This document shows, piece after piece, positions 24,893 to 33,901 of a DNA stretch of 64,000 nucleotides. The notes under the pieces were generated by a model, which saw nothing but the letters and a program-made list of their open reading frames with translations, was not told the origin of the DNA and did no database searches. The translations under genes and the position numbers were made by a program. The stretch is from Chloroflexota bacterium. GTDB taxonomy: Bacteria; Chloroflexota; Anaerolineae; UBA1429. Every line of letters begins with the position of its first letter. Within the stretch, counting starts at the first letter, position 1. The stretch spans positions 39,675-103,674 of the forward strand of contig JAIOAW010000003.1 in the NCBI GenBank assembly GCA_019873625.1, given 5' to 3'.

Positions 24893-26149
24893 ATGCTCCA
24901 CGATGAGACGTTGCTCCGGGCGCTTCGCTCGGCCTTGCGCCACCTTTATGAGACGCCGGCCCTCCAGGAAAACGCCCTGGTGGAGTATTTCGGCTTGGCC
25001 GGTTCGCCCAACGCGGCGTCGGAGTTGAGGCGCATCCTCATCGAGGCCATCCGTTCGCTCCAGCCGGAGGATACGGTGCCGGCGGATGCCGAAATCTGGC
25101 GCGTGTATGAAATCCTCCAGTATCGCTATGTGCAGCAGTGTACCCAGGCCGAGGTTGCGCGCCAGTTAGGGCTGAGCATCCGGCATTTGCGGCGCGAGGA
25201 GATGCGCGCCGCCGAGGTGCTTGCCCTGGCCCTCCAAGCGCGGTGGGAGAAGGAATCCGCCCAGCAGGGCGAACCCGCCGAAGGGAGAAACGATTCCTTC
25301 GCCAAGGAGTTGGCCTGGCTAGAACAGTCGCCCGCCCACGAACAGTTCGACCTTTGCGCCCTGCTCGAGGCCCTTGGGGAACTCGTGCGACCTATGGCGC
25401 AAGCCCACCATACGCGGGTCGAGATGGCTCTCCCGGAGGCCCCTTGTGAAATCCTCTCTCAACCTGTGGGGTTGAGGCAGATCGTCCTGAGCCTCCTTAC
25501 TTTGGCCATCGATCGCGCCGTAGGGGGGAGTGTACACGTGAGTGCGCAACCGCACCAAAGGCACGCACGCCTGACGCTTACGGCGGAGGGCACCGGCACA
25601 ACGTGCGCTAGCAGTCCCCCCGATGCGCGAGAGCACATCGCTATGGTCGAGCGGCTGGCCCGCCTGTGCGGGGCCAAGGTGGAGGTGACCCTGAGGGATG
25701 GGGCCTTCCAGGCCGTGGTGGACCTCCCCATTCCCCAACAAATCCCCGTCCTGGTCATTGACGATAACCAAGATACCTTGCGCCTTCTGGAGCGCTACGC
25801 GGCCGACACGCCCTTTCGCCTGATGGGGGTGCGCGATGTGGAGCAGGCCTTTCAAGTGGCCGCGACTACCCCGCCGAGCATCATCGTGCTTGATGTGATG
25901 ATGCCCCGCGTAGATGGTTGGGAAGTGCTGGGGCGGCTCAGGCAGCACCCCCTGACCTGCCGCACGCCGATTATTGTGTGTACGATTCTGGCCCAGGAGG
26001 AACTGGCGCGCTCTCTGGGCGCGAGCGATTATCTTCGTAAGCCACTGTCTCGAGAGGCCTTTCTGAAGGCTCTGGAGCGCCAGTGCGCTCTGGCGGGGCC
26101 AGAAGGGCCGTCAAAGCCTCTGTACAGCGCAAGAACTCCTGCAGGCTGA
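24893..26149 (+). CDS. Response-regulator-like protein with an unusual architecture: a sigma70 region-4-like helix-turn-helix, a histidine-kinase-like ATPase segment, and a C-terminal receiver domain.
   Basis: The helix-turn-helix is WRVYEILQYRYVQQCTQAEVARQLGLSIRHLRR. The canonical receiver is PVLVIDDNQD...LDVMMPRVDGW...SDYLRKP. The ATG at 24893 is preceded by AAGAGGGG; a TTG lies at 24863. Confidence 0.55.
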   Translation: MLHDETLLRALRSALRHLYETPALQENALVEYFGLAGSPNAASELRRILIEAIRSLQPEDTVPADAEIWRVYEILQYRYVQQCTQAEVARQLGLSIRHLRREEMRAAEVLALALQARWEKESAQQGEPAEGRNDSFAKELAWLEQSPAHEQFDLCALLEALGELVRPMAQAHHTRVEMALPEAPCEILSQPVGLRQIVLSLLTLAIDRAVGGSVHVSAQPHQRHARLTLTAEGTGTTCASSPPDAREHIAMVERLARLCGAKVEVTLRDGAFQAVVDLPIPQQIPVLVIDDNQDTLRLLERYAADTPFRLMGVRDVEQAFQVAATTPPSIIVLDVMMPRVDGWEVLGRLRQHPLTCRTPIIVCTILAQEELARSLGASDYLRKPLSREAFLKALERQCALAGPEGPSKPLYSARTPAG

Positions 26150-28250
26150 TTCCCCCGCCGCGCGTCACGTTGAGAAAACTCGTGGCATAGCCTCCCGGCG
26201 CGGCATCGAGCGCGGAGATGGCGATGACGGGAATATCGCGGATGGCCTCCTCTTGGCGCTTTTGCCTGAGCACGGCGAACCCATCCATCCCCGGCATAAT
26301 GAGGTCCAAGAGCATCACATCGGGCCGCCGCGAGCGCAAGAGCGCCAAGGCGCGTTCGCCGCTCGTGGCGCGGTAAATCTGGTAGCGGCGTTCCCCGGTC
26401 GAGAGCATACGCCCAAAGAGTTGCAGGGCCTCGGGGTTATCGTCCACCAAAAGGATGGATTTCACGCCGTTGGGGATGCGATCCAGCGCGGCCAAGAGAT
26501 CCTCTTGCTGGATGGGCTTGAGCAGGTAGGCCACGACGCCGAGGTGGTCGGCGGCCTCCTGCTTTTCTGGGATGAAGCAATGGATGACCGGCGTGCCGAA
26601 GGGGAGGCGCGCGGCCGTGCTGACATCCTCTAGCCCCTCGGGGGGCAGGGCCTCGTTGATGAGGAGCGCCCGCGCCGGCACGCGCGAGACCTCCCGGATG
26701 GCCTCTTCCAGTGTGTGCACGGGGGCGACTTCTACCTCTGGCTCGTGGCGGGCCAGGATGCGCTTGAGCGTATCGGATGGCTCCAGCACCACCAGGCGGG
26801 GCCGTACGTTCGGCTGGGGCGCCTGCGAGGGCCGCGTGCGCGGCTCATAGGTTTGATAAGGGTTGAACCAGCGCATCCCCTCGCGCACGGGTAAAGGGGC
26901 GAGCACGTCGAGGGGCAGCCGAGCGTAAAAGGTGGAGCCCTTGCCGGGTTCGCTTTCCACCCACATCTTGCCGCCGTGGAGTTCCACAAAGCGCCGGCTG
27001 ATGGCCAACCCCAGGCCAGACCCCCCATATAGGCGGCTGATGCTCCCATCATACTGTTCAAATGGCTCGAAGATGCGCTCCTGATCCTCTTTGGGGATGC
27101 CTGGCCCCGTATCGGCCACGCTGATGACCATCGTTTGGTCTTCTACGCGCGCGCGGACGTGGGCGCCGCCCCGTTCGGTAAAGCGCCCAGCGTTGCTCAA
27201 GAGGTTGATGATCACCTGGCGAATGCGCGTCTTGTCGCAATACACGAGGGGCAACCCTTCCGGCACGTCCATAGTCAGCGAGAGGCCTTTGGATTGGAAG
27301 AGGGGCATCACAGCGGTGAGGGCCGATTCGACGATCTCGCGCATCGAGACCTTTTCTCTCACCAAGGCCAGCCGGCCGGCCTCGGTGCGGCTCAGGTCGA
27401 GCACATCATCTACCAGGCTGGCCAGGTGCTTGCTGTTGCGCTGGATGACCTCGATATCCGCCAGGAGTTGCGGCGGCAGTTCGCGGCCGTAAAGGCGCGG
27501 GTTCTGGGTGATGATCTCGCTGAAGCCGATGATCATATTGAGGGGCGTGCGCAGTTCGTGGCTCACGTTGGCCACGAATTCCTCTTTGGCGCGGCGGGCC
27601 TCCTCGGCCACGCGGTACATCGCCCGCAGCCGATCGGAGATGCGCGCCAGTTCGGCATTGGCCTGGTTCAAATCCTGCTGGACCTCTTTGAGATGGAGCC
27701 GCTGCGTGCGCGCCTCTTCCAAGAGGGCGCGCATATAGTCAAAGTTCGCCCAAGACCATTGCGTGCTCGTCTGCGCAAAGCGGAGCGCCACCCACACCAC
27801 TCCCCACGTAACCCAGACCATCTCGATGGCCACGAGGTGCGAAAAGGCCAGGTCTCGCCGCAAAAGAAAGAGGGTCAAGAGGGCAGCGAGCACCGCGCCA
27901 TAGGCCGGGCCTGAGGCAAGTGCCGCCAGCCCTACGGGCAGGCCGATGAGGCCCAGGATCATCAGGCTCCCTTGCTGCCAGGCGGCCAAAGGCAAAATGG
28001 TGTAAAAGACGATGAGGAGCCATAGGCAGAGGTTGGGGTGCTGGCGCGTGAGGAGCCAAATGCCAAGCGGCACGAGGAGGATGAGCATCCCCAACGCGCT
28101 GGTGCTCGCCTCGAAGCGGCGCATCTCGGCCAAAAGGATGAGCAATTGCCCAAAGACCAGGGAACCGATCACGGCCAGGCCCAGGGCGCGCGAACGCGTT
28201 TCTTCGCGCATCTCTTGGTAGAAATCTGCCCGCGAACCCAATTCCAGCAT
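25971..28250 (-). CDS. Hybrid sensor histidine kinase (transmembrane sensor, HisKA, HATPase, a degenerate receiver and a canonical receiver).
   Basis: The H-box is [10 protein letters not shown]. The G-boxes are DTGPGIP and [18 protein letters not shown]. The receiver is [10 protein letters not shown]...[10 protein letters not shown]. The C-terminal 60 codons overlap the 3' end of the convergent regulator gene. Confidence 0.85.
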   Translation of the reverse strand: MLELGSRADFYQEMREETRSRALGLAVIGSLVFGQLLILLAEMRRFEASTSALGMLILLVPLGIWLLTRQHPNLCLWLLIVFYTILPLAAWQQGSLMILGLIGLPVGLAALASGPAYGAVLAALLTLFLLRRDLAFSHLVAIEMVWVTWGVVWVALRFAQTSTQWSWANFDYMRALLEEARTQRLHLKEVQQDLNQANAELARISDRLRAMYRVAEEARRAKEEFVANVSHELRTPLNMIIGFSEIITQNPRLYGRELPPQLLADIEVIQRNSKHLASLVDDVLDLSRTEAGRLALVREKVSMREIVESALTAVMPLFQSKGLSLTMDVPEGLPLVYCDKTRIRQVIINLLSNAGRFTERGGAHVRARVEDQTMVISVADTGPGIPKEDQERIFEPFEQYDGSISRLYGGSGLGLAISRRFVELHGGKMWVESEPGKGSTFYARLPLDVLAPLPVREGMRWFNPYQTYEPRTRPSQAPQPNVRPRLVVLEPSDTLKRILARHEPEVEVAPVHTLEEAIREVSRVPARALLINEALPPEGLEDVSTAARLPFGTPVIHCFIPEKQEAADHLGVVAYLLKPIQQEDLLAALDRIPNGVKSILLVDDNPEALQLFGRMLSTGERRYQIYRATSGERALALLRSRRPDVMLLDLIMPGMDGFAVLRQKRQEEAIRDIPVIAISALDAAPGGYATSFLNVTRGGGISLQEFLRCTEALTALLAPPERTGAPEPSERPLETVAYEDNRSRPESAPVPPGPESYTQ

Positions 28251-28328
28251 AAGCACTCCTTGCCGGCGGCCTTGCCGATGAGGCGCCGGCGCCTCGTTGG
28301 GGCGATAGCCCTTCGCGCTTGAAACGCG

Positions 28329-29420
28329 CTAGGGCTGTCTCTTCAACTCGGCCTCAAAGAAGGCGACGATCTCGCGCATCCCAGGGAGCATCGCCTGGAG
28401 CATCTCGATGATGGGCAGGCCGTATGGGCAGCGCGCCTCACAGGCCCCGCAGCGCGTGCAGGCCTCGAGGGCCTCAATGCGCGCCTTGCGGTAGGCGAGG
28501 TCGGCCTCCATCCCCGCGCGGCCCCAGGGATGCGCCCGGAACCCCTCCGGCCCCATCGTGCGGTAGTGATCGTACATCATATCGGTGCCCAAGTGCATAT
28601 GGATGGGGATGCCCACGGGGCAAGGGAGGCACTCGCCGCAGATGCGGCAGCGCGTGTGGTCCAATTTCTTTTGCCAGAGGGCCACCTCTTTTTCCTCGGC
28701 GGGCGTGAGGGTGGGATCGCCCTCCCCCGCGCTGAGGTCTTCATCCACCTCCGCCAGGGTGCTCACGCCGGGCACGGCCACGTCAATGGGCTGAGTGCGC
28801 AGCCACTTGAGCGCCAAACGCGCTGGGAGCAGCCCCGTGGCCACCGGTTTCATAATTGTGATGCCCACACCGTGCGCCCGGCAGTAGGGGATGAGCGCCT
28901 CCAGCGGCTGGCGCTCGACGAGGTTCATCGGCACGAGGATGAGGTCGAACGGGAAGCGCTGCAGCGCCTTGAGGAGAATATCCGCCCGGTGTGAGGTGCA
29001 GCCGATGTACTGCGTCATCTTTTCCTCGCGGGCGCGAAGCAAGGCTTGCAGGGCACCGCCTGGCCCTAGCCGCCGCGCGATATCCTCATCGGATTCCAGC
29101 GAGTGGAGGTGGATATTATTGACATAATCAAAATGTAAGCGCTCCAGCGATTCGTTGATTTGCCGCCAGGCGCCCTCTTCGGTGGGGTCGTTCGTTTTGG
29201 TCGAGATGAAAACGCGGTCACGCACATCCTGCAAGGCGAGGCCCAGTTTGATTTCCGAATCTCCATAGATGCGCGCCGTGTCGAAATAGTTCACGCCCCA
29301 CTCGAGTTCGCGCCGCACAAGGCGCAACCCGTGTTCCATGCCAAAGTTACCGAGCATAGCACAGCCCATACCGATGACCGAAACCTGCCAGCCTGTGCGC
29401 CCTAGGGTGCGGTATTCCAT
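28329..29420 (-). CDS. Aldo/keto reductase fused to a 2x[4Fe-4S] ferredoxin domain.
   Basis: An aldo/keto reductase TIM barrel at the N-terminus is followed by CRICGECLPCP and CTRCGACEARCP clusters. A paralog lies at 44799-45962. Confidence 0.7.
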   Translation of the reverse strand: MEYRTLGRTGWQVSVIGMGCAMLGNFGMEHGLRLVRRELEWGVNYFDTARIYGDSEIKLGLALQDVRDRVFISTKTNDPTEEGAWRQINESLERLHFDYVNNIHLHSLESDEDIARRLGPGGALQALLRAREEKMTQYIGCTSHRADILLKALQRFPFDLILVPMNLVERQPLEALIPYCRAHGVGITIMKPVATGLLPARLALKWLRTQPIDVAVPGVSTLAEVDEDLSAGEGDPTLTPAEEKEVALWQKKLDHTRCRICGECLPCPVGIPIHMHLGTDMMYDHYRTMGPEGFRAHPWGRAGMEADLAYRKARIEALEACTRCGACEARCPYGLPIIEMLQAMLPGMREIVAFFEAELKRQP

Positions 29421-29506
29421 CGTCTTCTCCTCTGGATGAACGAACGCGCTGGGCCGCCTTGGCGCGCCAGCGCGTTCGATGGTTCCTCGATGTGCCGAAT
29501 CGTCGC

Positions 29507-30709
29507 TCAGCGTTTGGGCACCATATACTTGGAGAGGCGCGCATAAAGCGGGAGCGGCCCGCCGATCAGCGGCCGGGCATAATCCAAGAAGGCGGGCGTT
29601 ACGCCGTTCCCCTCGGCATTGATGTACTCATCGGGCAGGTGCCGTTCGCGGTTGGCCACCTCCTCCAAGGGGACGAGTTTCATATCCACGGTATACACAG
29701 GCCCTGGCATACGGACGAAGGCGACCATCTTACCCGTCTCGCCGCGCAGGGCGGCGCGCACCGCCTCGCCGCCCGCCTGGTAGGCCTCGTCGCGATCCAC
29801 CGGCGACTGGAGTTCGGCGAACGAACGCTGGAGGTAGCCCGGCTTATCGAACCGCGCGCGGATGCCGAGGTGTTTGCGGATGACCTCCGCTACGGCTTCC
29901 ACCACGCCCAACTTGGCGCGATGGCCAAAGGCATCCACGTCGCCGGGGCCGGCCGTGCCGAAATCTTCGCCCTTTTCGTTGCGCAGGCCCTCGCTCACGC
30001 CCACCACGCAATAACCGTAGCGATTGTACACCTGCTCGACATCGGCGGCGAGTTTCTCTTCGGATACGGGCCGCTCGGGGAAGTAGAGGAGATGCGGCGC
30101 GTCCTCCTCATGGGCGCGCGCCAGCGCCGCGGCGGCCGTAAGCCAACCCGCGTTGCGCCCCATAATCTCCATCAATTTGATGGGGCCGCTATCGCCCATC
30201 GCCTCGGTATCGAAGGCCGTGTTGCGGATGGCCGAGGCCACAAAACGAGCTGCGCTCCCGTAGCCGGGACAGTGATCCGTGAGGACGAGGTCGTTATCAA
30301 TCGTCTTGGGCACGCCGATGCAATAGAGTTCATACCCCACCGATTTGGCCACCGTGTCAATCTTGTGGGTGGTATCCATCGAGTCGTTCCCGCCGATGTA
30401 GAAAAAGTAGCGCACGTTGTACTTTTTCATCACTTCCACCAGGCGGGCGTAATCCTCCTCTTTGACCCTGTAACGCACAGTGCCCAAGGCCGAAGCGGGC
30501 GTGTTGCGCAGAATTTCCAGCGTGAGGGGCGCCTCGCGGCGCAGGTCATAGAACTCCTCCTGGAGCATTCCTTGGATGCCGTGGGCCATACCCCAGATGC
30601 CTTCGATTTGGTCTGAGGCCATGGCCTGGTGGATGACGCCCACGAGGCTGTTGTTGATGACGGCCGTCGGCCCGCCAGATTGCCCTACGACGAGATTACC
30701 TTTCACCAT
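29507..30709 (-). CDS. pfp: 6-phosphofructokinase, probably pyrophosphate-dependent.
   Basis: A GGNDS motif (Asp at the position equivalent to E. coli Gly104) and PKTIDND (Lys at the position equivalent to Gly124) both match the rule that distinguishes pyrophosphate-type from ATP-type enzymes. Length is 400 aa. Confidence 0.8.
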   Translation of the reverse strand: MVKGNLVVGQSGGPTAVINNSLVGVIHQAMASDQIEGIWGMAHGIQGMLQEEFYDLRREAPLTLEILRNTPASALGTVRYRVKEEDYARLVEVMKKYNVRYFFYIGGNDSMDTTHKIDTVAKSVGYELYCIGVPKTIDNDLVLTDHCPGYGSAARFVASAIRNTAFDTEAMGDSGPIKLMEIMGRNAGWLTAAAALARAHEEDAPHLLYFPERPVSEEKLAADVEQVYNRYGYCVVGVSEGLRNEKGEDFGTAGPGDVDAFGHRAKLGVVEAVAEVIRKHLGIRARFDKPGYLQRSFAELQSPVDRDEAYQAGGEAVRAALRGETGKMVAFVRMPGPVYTVDMKLVPLEEVANRERHLPDEYINAEGNGVTPAFLDYARPLIGGPLPLYARLSKYMVPKR

Positions 30710-30841
30710 TCCATCCTCCCATATGACGCAATCTGCGCATAGTCTTATACATCATAACGCAGAAAGCACAGAAGGGCAAACTATCGCGTGCTGAGGCGTT
30801 GCCTCAGCGCACCATCGGGGGAGTGGAGACTGTGAGGCATC

Positions 30842-30871
30842 GGGAGTGCGGAGCAGCATGTCCGCACTCCC
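30842..30871 (-). terminator. Perfect 11-bp stem hairpin downstream of the nitroreductase gene.
   Basis: The hairpin is gggagtgcgga-gcagcatg-tccgcactccc. A second imperfect 12-bp hairpin lies at 30786-30812. Confidence 0.55.
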
Positions 30872-30877
30872 GAACGA

Positions 30878-31507
30878 TCATTCCACCCAACGCGTAAAGG
30901 CCTCTACCGGCTCGCGCGGGGAGCGAAAGCGGTTGATGGGTGCAGCGGGGTCTGGGTAGCCGAGGGCGATCACGGCGGCGGGCTGCTCGTCTACGGGGAT
31001 TTGGGCATATTCGCGCAAAAGGTCGCCTTGGCCCATTACAAACCCCAGCCAGCAGGTGCCTAAACCCATCTCATAGGCAGCAAGCATCAAGGTTGTAACA
31101 AAGGCAGGGATAGCCTCCGGCACGCGCGCGCCCTCTTGGCCGCGGAAGGAAAGCACCACCGCCACCGGGGCGCCGTAAAAGCGGTTACTCCCTTCCACCA
31201 GAGTCTCATAGGCGCTGCGGCCGGCCAGGCCCACGAGTTCGGCCAGGCTCCCCGTGCGCACGCGCACCTCATAGGCTCGGCGGCGCGCCTCATCCCACGG
31301 GTTCTCGGCCAGCCGGGCAAGGAGGGCCTGGCGCCAGGCCTCCAGGCGCGCCCCTTGAACGATGGTTACGCGCCAGGGCTGGCTGTTCGCGCCCGAGGGC
31401 GCCCATCGGGCGATCTCTAAAAGGTTCGCGATGACCTCGCGCGGTATGGGGTCCGCTCTAAAGGCGCGGATGCTGCGCCGCCCTTTGATGGCTTCGATTA
31501 ACTCCAT
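30878..31507 (-). CDS. Nitroreductase-family protein.
   Basis: The N-terminus MELIEAIKGRRSIRAFR is the classic nitroreductase start. An FMN-binding pattern is present. The ribosome-binding site is GGGGGAAAG. Confidence 0.8.
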   Translation of the reverse strand: MELIEAIKGRRSIRAFRADPIPREVIANLLEIARWAPSGANSQPWRVTIVQGARLEAWRQALLARLAENPWDEARRRAYEVRVRTGSLAELVGLAGRSAYETLVEGSNRFYGAPVAVVLSFRGQEGARVPEAIPAFVTTLMLAAYEMGLGTCWLGFVMGQGDLLREYAQIPVDEQPAAVIALGYPDPAAPINRFRSPREPVEAFTRWVE

Positions 31508-31528
31508 ACGTTCTTTCCCCCAGATCAT

Positions 31529-33901
31529 TTAGCGCCGCGCCAGGGCTACGATCCAGCCGATGAACCCCATCACGAGGATGGCGCCCAAGGCCAACACCAA
31601 GATGGGATCCGCCGGCCAATTGCGCCCGTAGTGCAGTTTCGGCGCAGGTTTGTATTTCAGAGAGGGGTCATCGGGCGATTTCAGCGAGGCCTCTTCCCCG
31701 GCCTTGACGGCGCCCTTTGGCCCCTTGGCCTCGGTGATGGTGCCCTTTTCATCAATGCGCTGATAGGTCGTCTCGAATTTTTGTGGTTTGGCCTCCGCGC
31801 GGAAGGCCGGGTTGGCCTTCAAGAACTGCTCTGTCTTGTAGGCGCTCACCTCAAAACGCACGGCCGTTCCCTCGGGGACGTAAATCCACTCCGGCGCGTC
31901 TTTGAGGTCGCCGGAAAAGACGGCCCCCGGAATCTGCGACTCGTATTCGCCCGTCTGATAGTTCAGCCCCACGTGGCGGCCTTGATCATCATAGGCGTGC
32001 AGGTCAATATCCGGCAAGGGGCCATCCACATTTGCCGTGACGGTGGGCGGCGCGGCGGGGGCGGGCACAGCGGCCGGGGCCACGACGGCGCCTACCAGGT
32101 TGGCGGGCGTGTACACGCGCGTGCTGACCACGGCCGTGTAGCCGTTGGCCGTGCTCTCGGAGTGAAGCACGAACTCTAACTTGCCCGCTGCCCATTGCAT
32201 CGTTTTCGAACCCGAGTGAAATGTGGGACGACGGTACTGCCGGCCGGCCGGCCCTGTGCCGGTAGTGCCCCCCGTTTGTGGCGTGATGGCGTTCACCACA
32301 TGGTGGGCATGGGTATTATCCCACGTGACCTGATAAAGGACGACGCCGCTTTCCGGGGCACCATACCAACCGCCCGCCTGGCGCGCCTCCAGAATGAAAT
32401 AACGTTCCGGGTGGGCCGAGGTGGGGTCATCTATGCGCAGCACCGTGCCCCCGTAGGATTGGTTCTCCAGCGCGGTGAGCGTGTACTCTTTGCCTAATTC
32501 GGCATCTACATAGTTCAGGTATTCGGCGGCGACTTTGGTGAAGGAGGACATATGGACTGGGTTCGAGGCAGCCGGGTCCCCCCACCAGTTGCCAGAACCC
32601 ATCAGGCCCCAGTTATTGATATTCCCATACTGGCCCCACGGCTGTTGATAGTTGTAACGGTCGCTGATGCGGTTCCACTTGCCCCATAGGATGTATTTGC
32701 TGTGGAGCGAGTGGCCTACCTCATGCGCCCAGAGGCCCAGGCCATCCTCCTCGGCCACGACGATGAGGCTCCCGGCGAAGACCTTGGCTCTAGCATCGGG
32801 CGGGCCTACTTCGATTTCGTGCCACATCCCGTTCGGCGGCCAAGAGCACAACGTCGAAAGCGGAGCGGGCGTTGCGGCATTATGGGCGGCCTGCTTCGAA
32901 GGCCCCGCATAGACGACGATAACCCGCGCCACGTTTATCTCCTCGCGAGGGGCGCCCGCCTCGAAGGCCTTTTTCACGGCGGCGATGGCGAAATCCCCTT
33001 CTTTGTTTTGGAAGTCGCTCAACCGCGGCCCCACGTTGTACCAATCCTGCGAACCGGTGTCGCCATCGGCATCCAGAAAGGTATAAGAGAGCACCACGCG
33101 GCCATACGAGTTCTTGCCGTAATAAGAGTTCACGTCTTGGGCGATCTTTTGAAAATGGCTGATGGGCTTGGCGCCGGGGACGTCGTCCGTCCCAGCGAGG
33201 ATGACCAGCGTATCGCCCAGGTCGCACAGGCCTTGGCGCTGAGCCGCCATATAGAGCGCGGCGGCGATATCATCCTCTGCGCCCTGGCCGGTGTCATCGC
33301 GCGCTACGAAGGTATGCGAGCCACACGTCCAGGCGATGTAGCCGGCTGTGGCCGTGGGGCAAGAGTCTGAAACGGCCTCTTCGCCGAAGGTATCCGTGAA
33401 AAACTTGCGGATGGCCTCGCTAAGGTAGCCCAATAGCCCGCCTGGGTTGCAGATTTGCTCGCCCGGCCGAAGGATGACCGCCTCGCGCCCCTGGTAGGAG
33501 GAATGCGGGAAGCCGTTCTCGACCATCTTATCTATGTAAAAGCGCCCGCCCTCTTCGCCCAGGGCGAGGATGCGGGCGTACTGGATGGTCTCTTCCTCAT
33601 AAGAGCCGCCGTTCGTAACCACGAATTTGCGCTTCAAGAAGTAACGTGCGGCGTTCTCCGGGGGCCAGAGCATAAAGACCGTGTCATCATCCGGGTCGAG
33701 TTGGTACAGCGGTTTGTGGGTGACGTTGTTTGGCCAGCCCAAGTTTTTGGCCACCTCGCGGAGGACGCGTTCCTCCGGCGAGCCGGGAGTTTCATCCGCT
33801 GGCCCTTGGGCCAGAGCGCCGGGCGCCACGAACACGATGATCGCCGGAATGCACAACAGGAGAAGCAAAACGGCTAGAAGAAAGCCGGGGTACCGCCTCA
33901 T
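31529..33901 (-). CDS. Secreted HExxH zinc metalloprotease (possibly M6/InhA-like) with a C-terminal transmembrane segment plus an Arg-Arg anchor.
   Basis: The start is taken at MRRYPGFLLAVLLLLLCIPAIIVFVAPGALAQG (signal peptide; ribosome-binding site AGGAGAG). The zinc-binding motif is GLWAHEVGHSLH. The C-terminus is PADPILVLALGAILVMGFIGWIVALARR. Confidence 0.5.
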   Translation of the reverse strand: MRRYPGFLLAVLLLLLCIPAIIVFVAPGALAQGPADETPGSPEERVLREVAKNLGWPNNVTHKPLYQLDPDDDTVFMLWPPENAARYFLKRKFVVTNGGSYEEETIQYARILALGEEGGRFYIDKMVENGFPHSSYQGREAVILRPGEQICNPGGLLGYLSEAIRKFFTDTFGEEAVSDSCPTATAGYIAWTCGSHTFVARDDTGQGAEDDIAAALYMAAQRQGLCDLGDTLVILAGTDDVPGAKPISHFQKIAQDVNSYYGKNSYGRVVLSYTFLDADGDTGSQDWYNVGPRLSDFQNKEGDFAIAAVKKAFEAGAPREEINVARVIVVYAGPSKQAAHNAATPAPLSTLCSWPPNGMWHEIEVGPPDARAKVFAGSLIVVAEEDGLGLWAHEVGHSLHSKYILWGKWNRISDRYNYQQPWGQYGNINNWGLMGSGNWWGDPAASNPVHMSSFTKVAAEYLNYVDAELGKEYTLTALENQSYGGTVLRIDDPTSAHPERYFILEARQAGGWYGAPESGVVLYQVTWDNTHAHHVVNAITPQTGGTTGTGPAGRQYRRPTFHSGSKTMQWAAGKLEFVLHSESTANGYTAVVSTRVYTPANLVGAVVAPAAVPAPAAPPTVTANVDGPLPDIDLHAYDDQGRHVGLNYQTGEYESQIPGAVFSGDLKDAPEWIYVPEGTAVRFEVSAYKTEQFLKANPAFRAEAKPQKFETTYQRIDEKGTITEAKGPKGAVKAGEEASLKSPDDPSLKYKPAPKLHYGRNWPADPILVLALGAILVMGFIGWIVALARR

